Shown here piece after piece: positions 62,496 to 64,000 of a stretch of DNA of 64,000 nt. The position numbers and the translations under genes are program-made. Below the pieces are notes generated by a model that was given only the letters and a program-made list of their open reading frames with translations, did no database searches and was not told where the DNA came from. Each line of letters begins with the position of its first letter. Within the stretch, counting starts at the first letter, position 1. Source of the stretch: Yuukianura sp. NJ FZ-2021 (taxonomy: Eukaryota); assembly GCA_046563655.1 (NCBI GenBank), contig CM102289.1:8990001-9054000 (forward strand). The letters run 5' to 3'.

Positions 62496-62719
62496 ATTCA
62501 AAATTTTGAAAAGTTTCTAACATTTTTTAACCCATTTTTGTTACGTTTTTGAAATTACAAAGTTAAACTTTTGCATGTTTTACAATAATAAAAATTATTA
62601 CAATAAAAGAAATTTTTACATCATGGATGAAAAAAATTGACAAAACAAAATTTCCCGCCCTGCAAAAAAACGTATTTTGGACGATTGTTCCTACACAGAA
62701 TGTGTGTTCCAGATCTTTG

Positions 62720-62810
62720 ACTAAGATGTAAAATGTAAAAACATAAAGTGTAAAAGTGTAAATCGTAAATGTAAAATGTAAAAATGTAAAAAAGTAAAAA
62801 AGTAAATTTA
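62720..62810. repeat. (GTAAAAA[T])n low-complexity tandem repeat
   Basis: Directly visible between two convergent genes. Confidence 0.8.
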
Positions 62811-62839
62811 AACAAAAACCTGAAGCAGTAAGTTTATTG

Positions 62840-63733
62840 CTAAATGAGCGACTGCGCAGAGGGCGTTCCTTTGATTTCAAAAGTGACTTTGACCGCTTCC
62901 TCTCCTTCGACCTCTGAATCGGAAATTGGTTGCGTAAAAATTGCATTGTGGACCATACTGTATCCATCTCCGTTGGGATTTGGCTCCACGACTGGAAAAT
63001 TGTCTGCATGTTGCTTGGCAAATTTGAGCCGTTGGGCGTAGAGGCCAATGAGACACACAAAGTAGATTCTGAGTGGACCGTAGCTTCCGGAAATAAAAAA
63101 GAGAGAGCCATTTAAGAAAATGGCGACGGAGATGACGACACAGATCCATTCCAGAATCATGAAGATAACTACGAGAATCATCCAGGCTACCAGCAGTAAT
63201 CGGTATTTCTACAAAACAACAACAATTTTTGAATTTCGAGCCATTTGTAGTCTCTAGGAATTTCGTAATTTGAATGTTCGCGCTCACTACCTTGATTATT
63301 CCCACGAGGAGGACAATTGACAGTAAAATATAAACTCCAGCAAAGGCTATAACTCCTTCCCTGAGGATATCTGAAAAGTAATCAAAAATTAATTAACTGA
63401 AACACTTCAGGTAATTAACACTTCAACTAATTAGTTTTCTCAAGCGTTAAGAGCATTACCACTTCTAGGTTTCTCTACGTCGGGTTTCGCAGTGTCATGG
63501 AATACGGTAAGGCCGAGGGAAAACAATCCAGCTACCAAGCAGTAGAACAGCTATGAAAAATCAAAATCAAAACTAATTAAAAAACTAAATTAAAACTAAT
63601 TAACCAAAATTAATTCATAATCGTTTCAACTTACGCATTCTACAATACTAATTGTGAAGGCACAAAGTGGTAACGTCCAGCGCCTTCTTCTATGTTCAGG
63701 GATACCCGGTGGTCGGGCTGGAGGAGGATCCAT
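62840..63733 (-). CDS. Four-TM membrane protein (LAPTM/DUF4728-like), 4 exons
   Basis: MDPPP...FTISIVEC|LFYCLVAGLFSLG...|...ILLSIVLLVGIIK|KYRLLLVAWMIL...YFVCLIGLY, with four hydrophobic segments. Confidence 0.7.
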
Positions 63734-64000
63734 GGTACTTCATTAATCTAAATACTTCATTAATCAAAAATTAAGTATTTGATTTTGGCGGGAATGATTT
63801 TGAAAAACTTGTCATCAATCCGACGGCGCAGCACTCGGTTCTCTTCCAGCTTTGTCCGAATATCTTAGAAGCATTCCCTAGAAAATGAAAATCAACAAAA
63901 GAGAAACGTTCCGTAACTATTGGATTTTGAAAAAGATGAAAAACGTTTTTCAAACGTTCAGAAACGTTGGAATTTTTAGTGCACATGACCAAGCCTTCTT

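Overview
Eukaryotic, AT-rich, intron-containing genomic DNA from an arthropod. The short 55-100 nt GT-AG introns, TTAGG motifs, intronless divergent ionotropic receptor and arthropod-type ABCG5/FMRFamide-receptor genes suggest a springtail-like hexapod, but that is inference only. About 7-51.5 kb is a compact housekeeping block with many head-to-head pairs: metaxin, an NF-X1-type zinc-finger minigene, INTS3, LSM3, SerRS, PSMD3, Rab10, BORCS6, an unknown protein, SHPRH, ABCG5-like, SCOT copy A, ATG7, SCOT copy B and MLH1. The flanks are more AT-rich and hold lineage-specific genes: a secreted beta/gamma-crystallin-like protein, a variant ionotropic receptor, an FMRFamide-receptor-like GPCR, a secreted protein of possibly bacterial origin and a 4-TM protein. 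Several MITEs and Helitron-like relics are present. The most notable observations are (1) a diverged second SCOT gene bounded by ~55-bp direct repeats between ATG7 and MLH1, with altered conserved residues and a GT-to-GC splice donor, (2) a candidate poison exon in INTS3 intron 1, (3) an intron-bearing HGT candidate, and (4) a foldback hairpin whose loop is telomeric (CCTAA)n in the SerRS/PSMD3 divergent intergenic region. No CRISPR, rRNA or convincing tRNA was seen. CDS coordinates are start-to-stop spans including introns and were read by eye; gene identities come from recalled motifs, not database searches.
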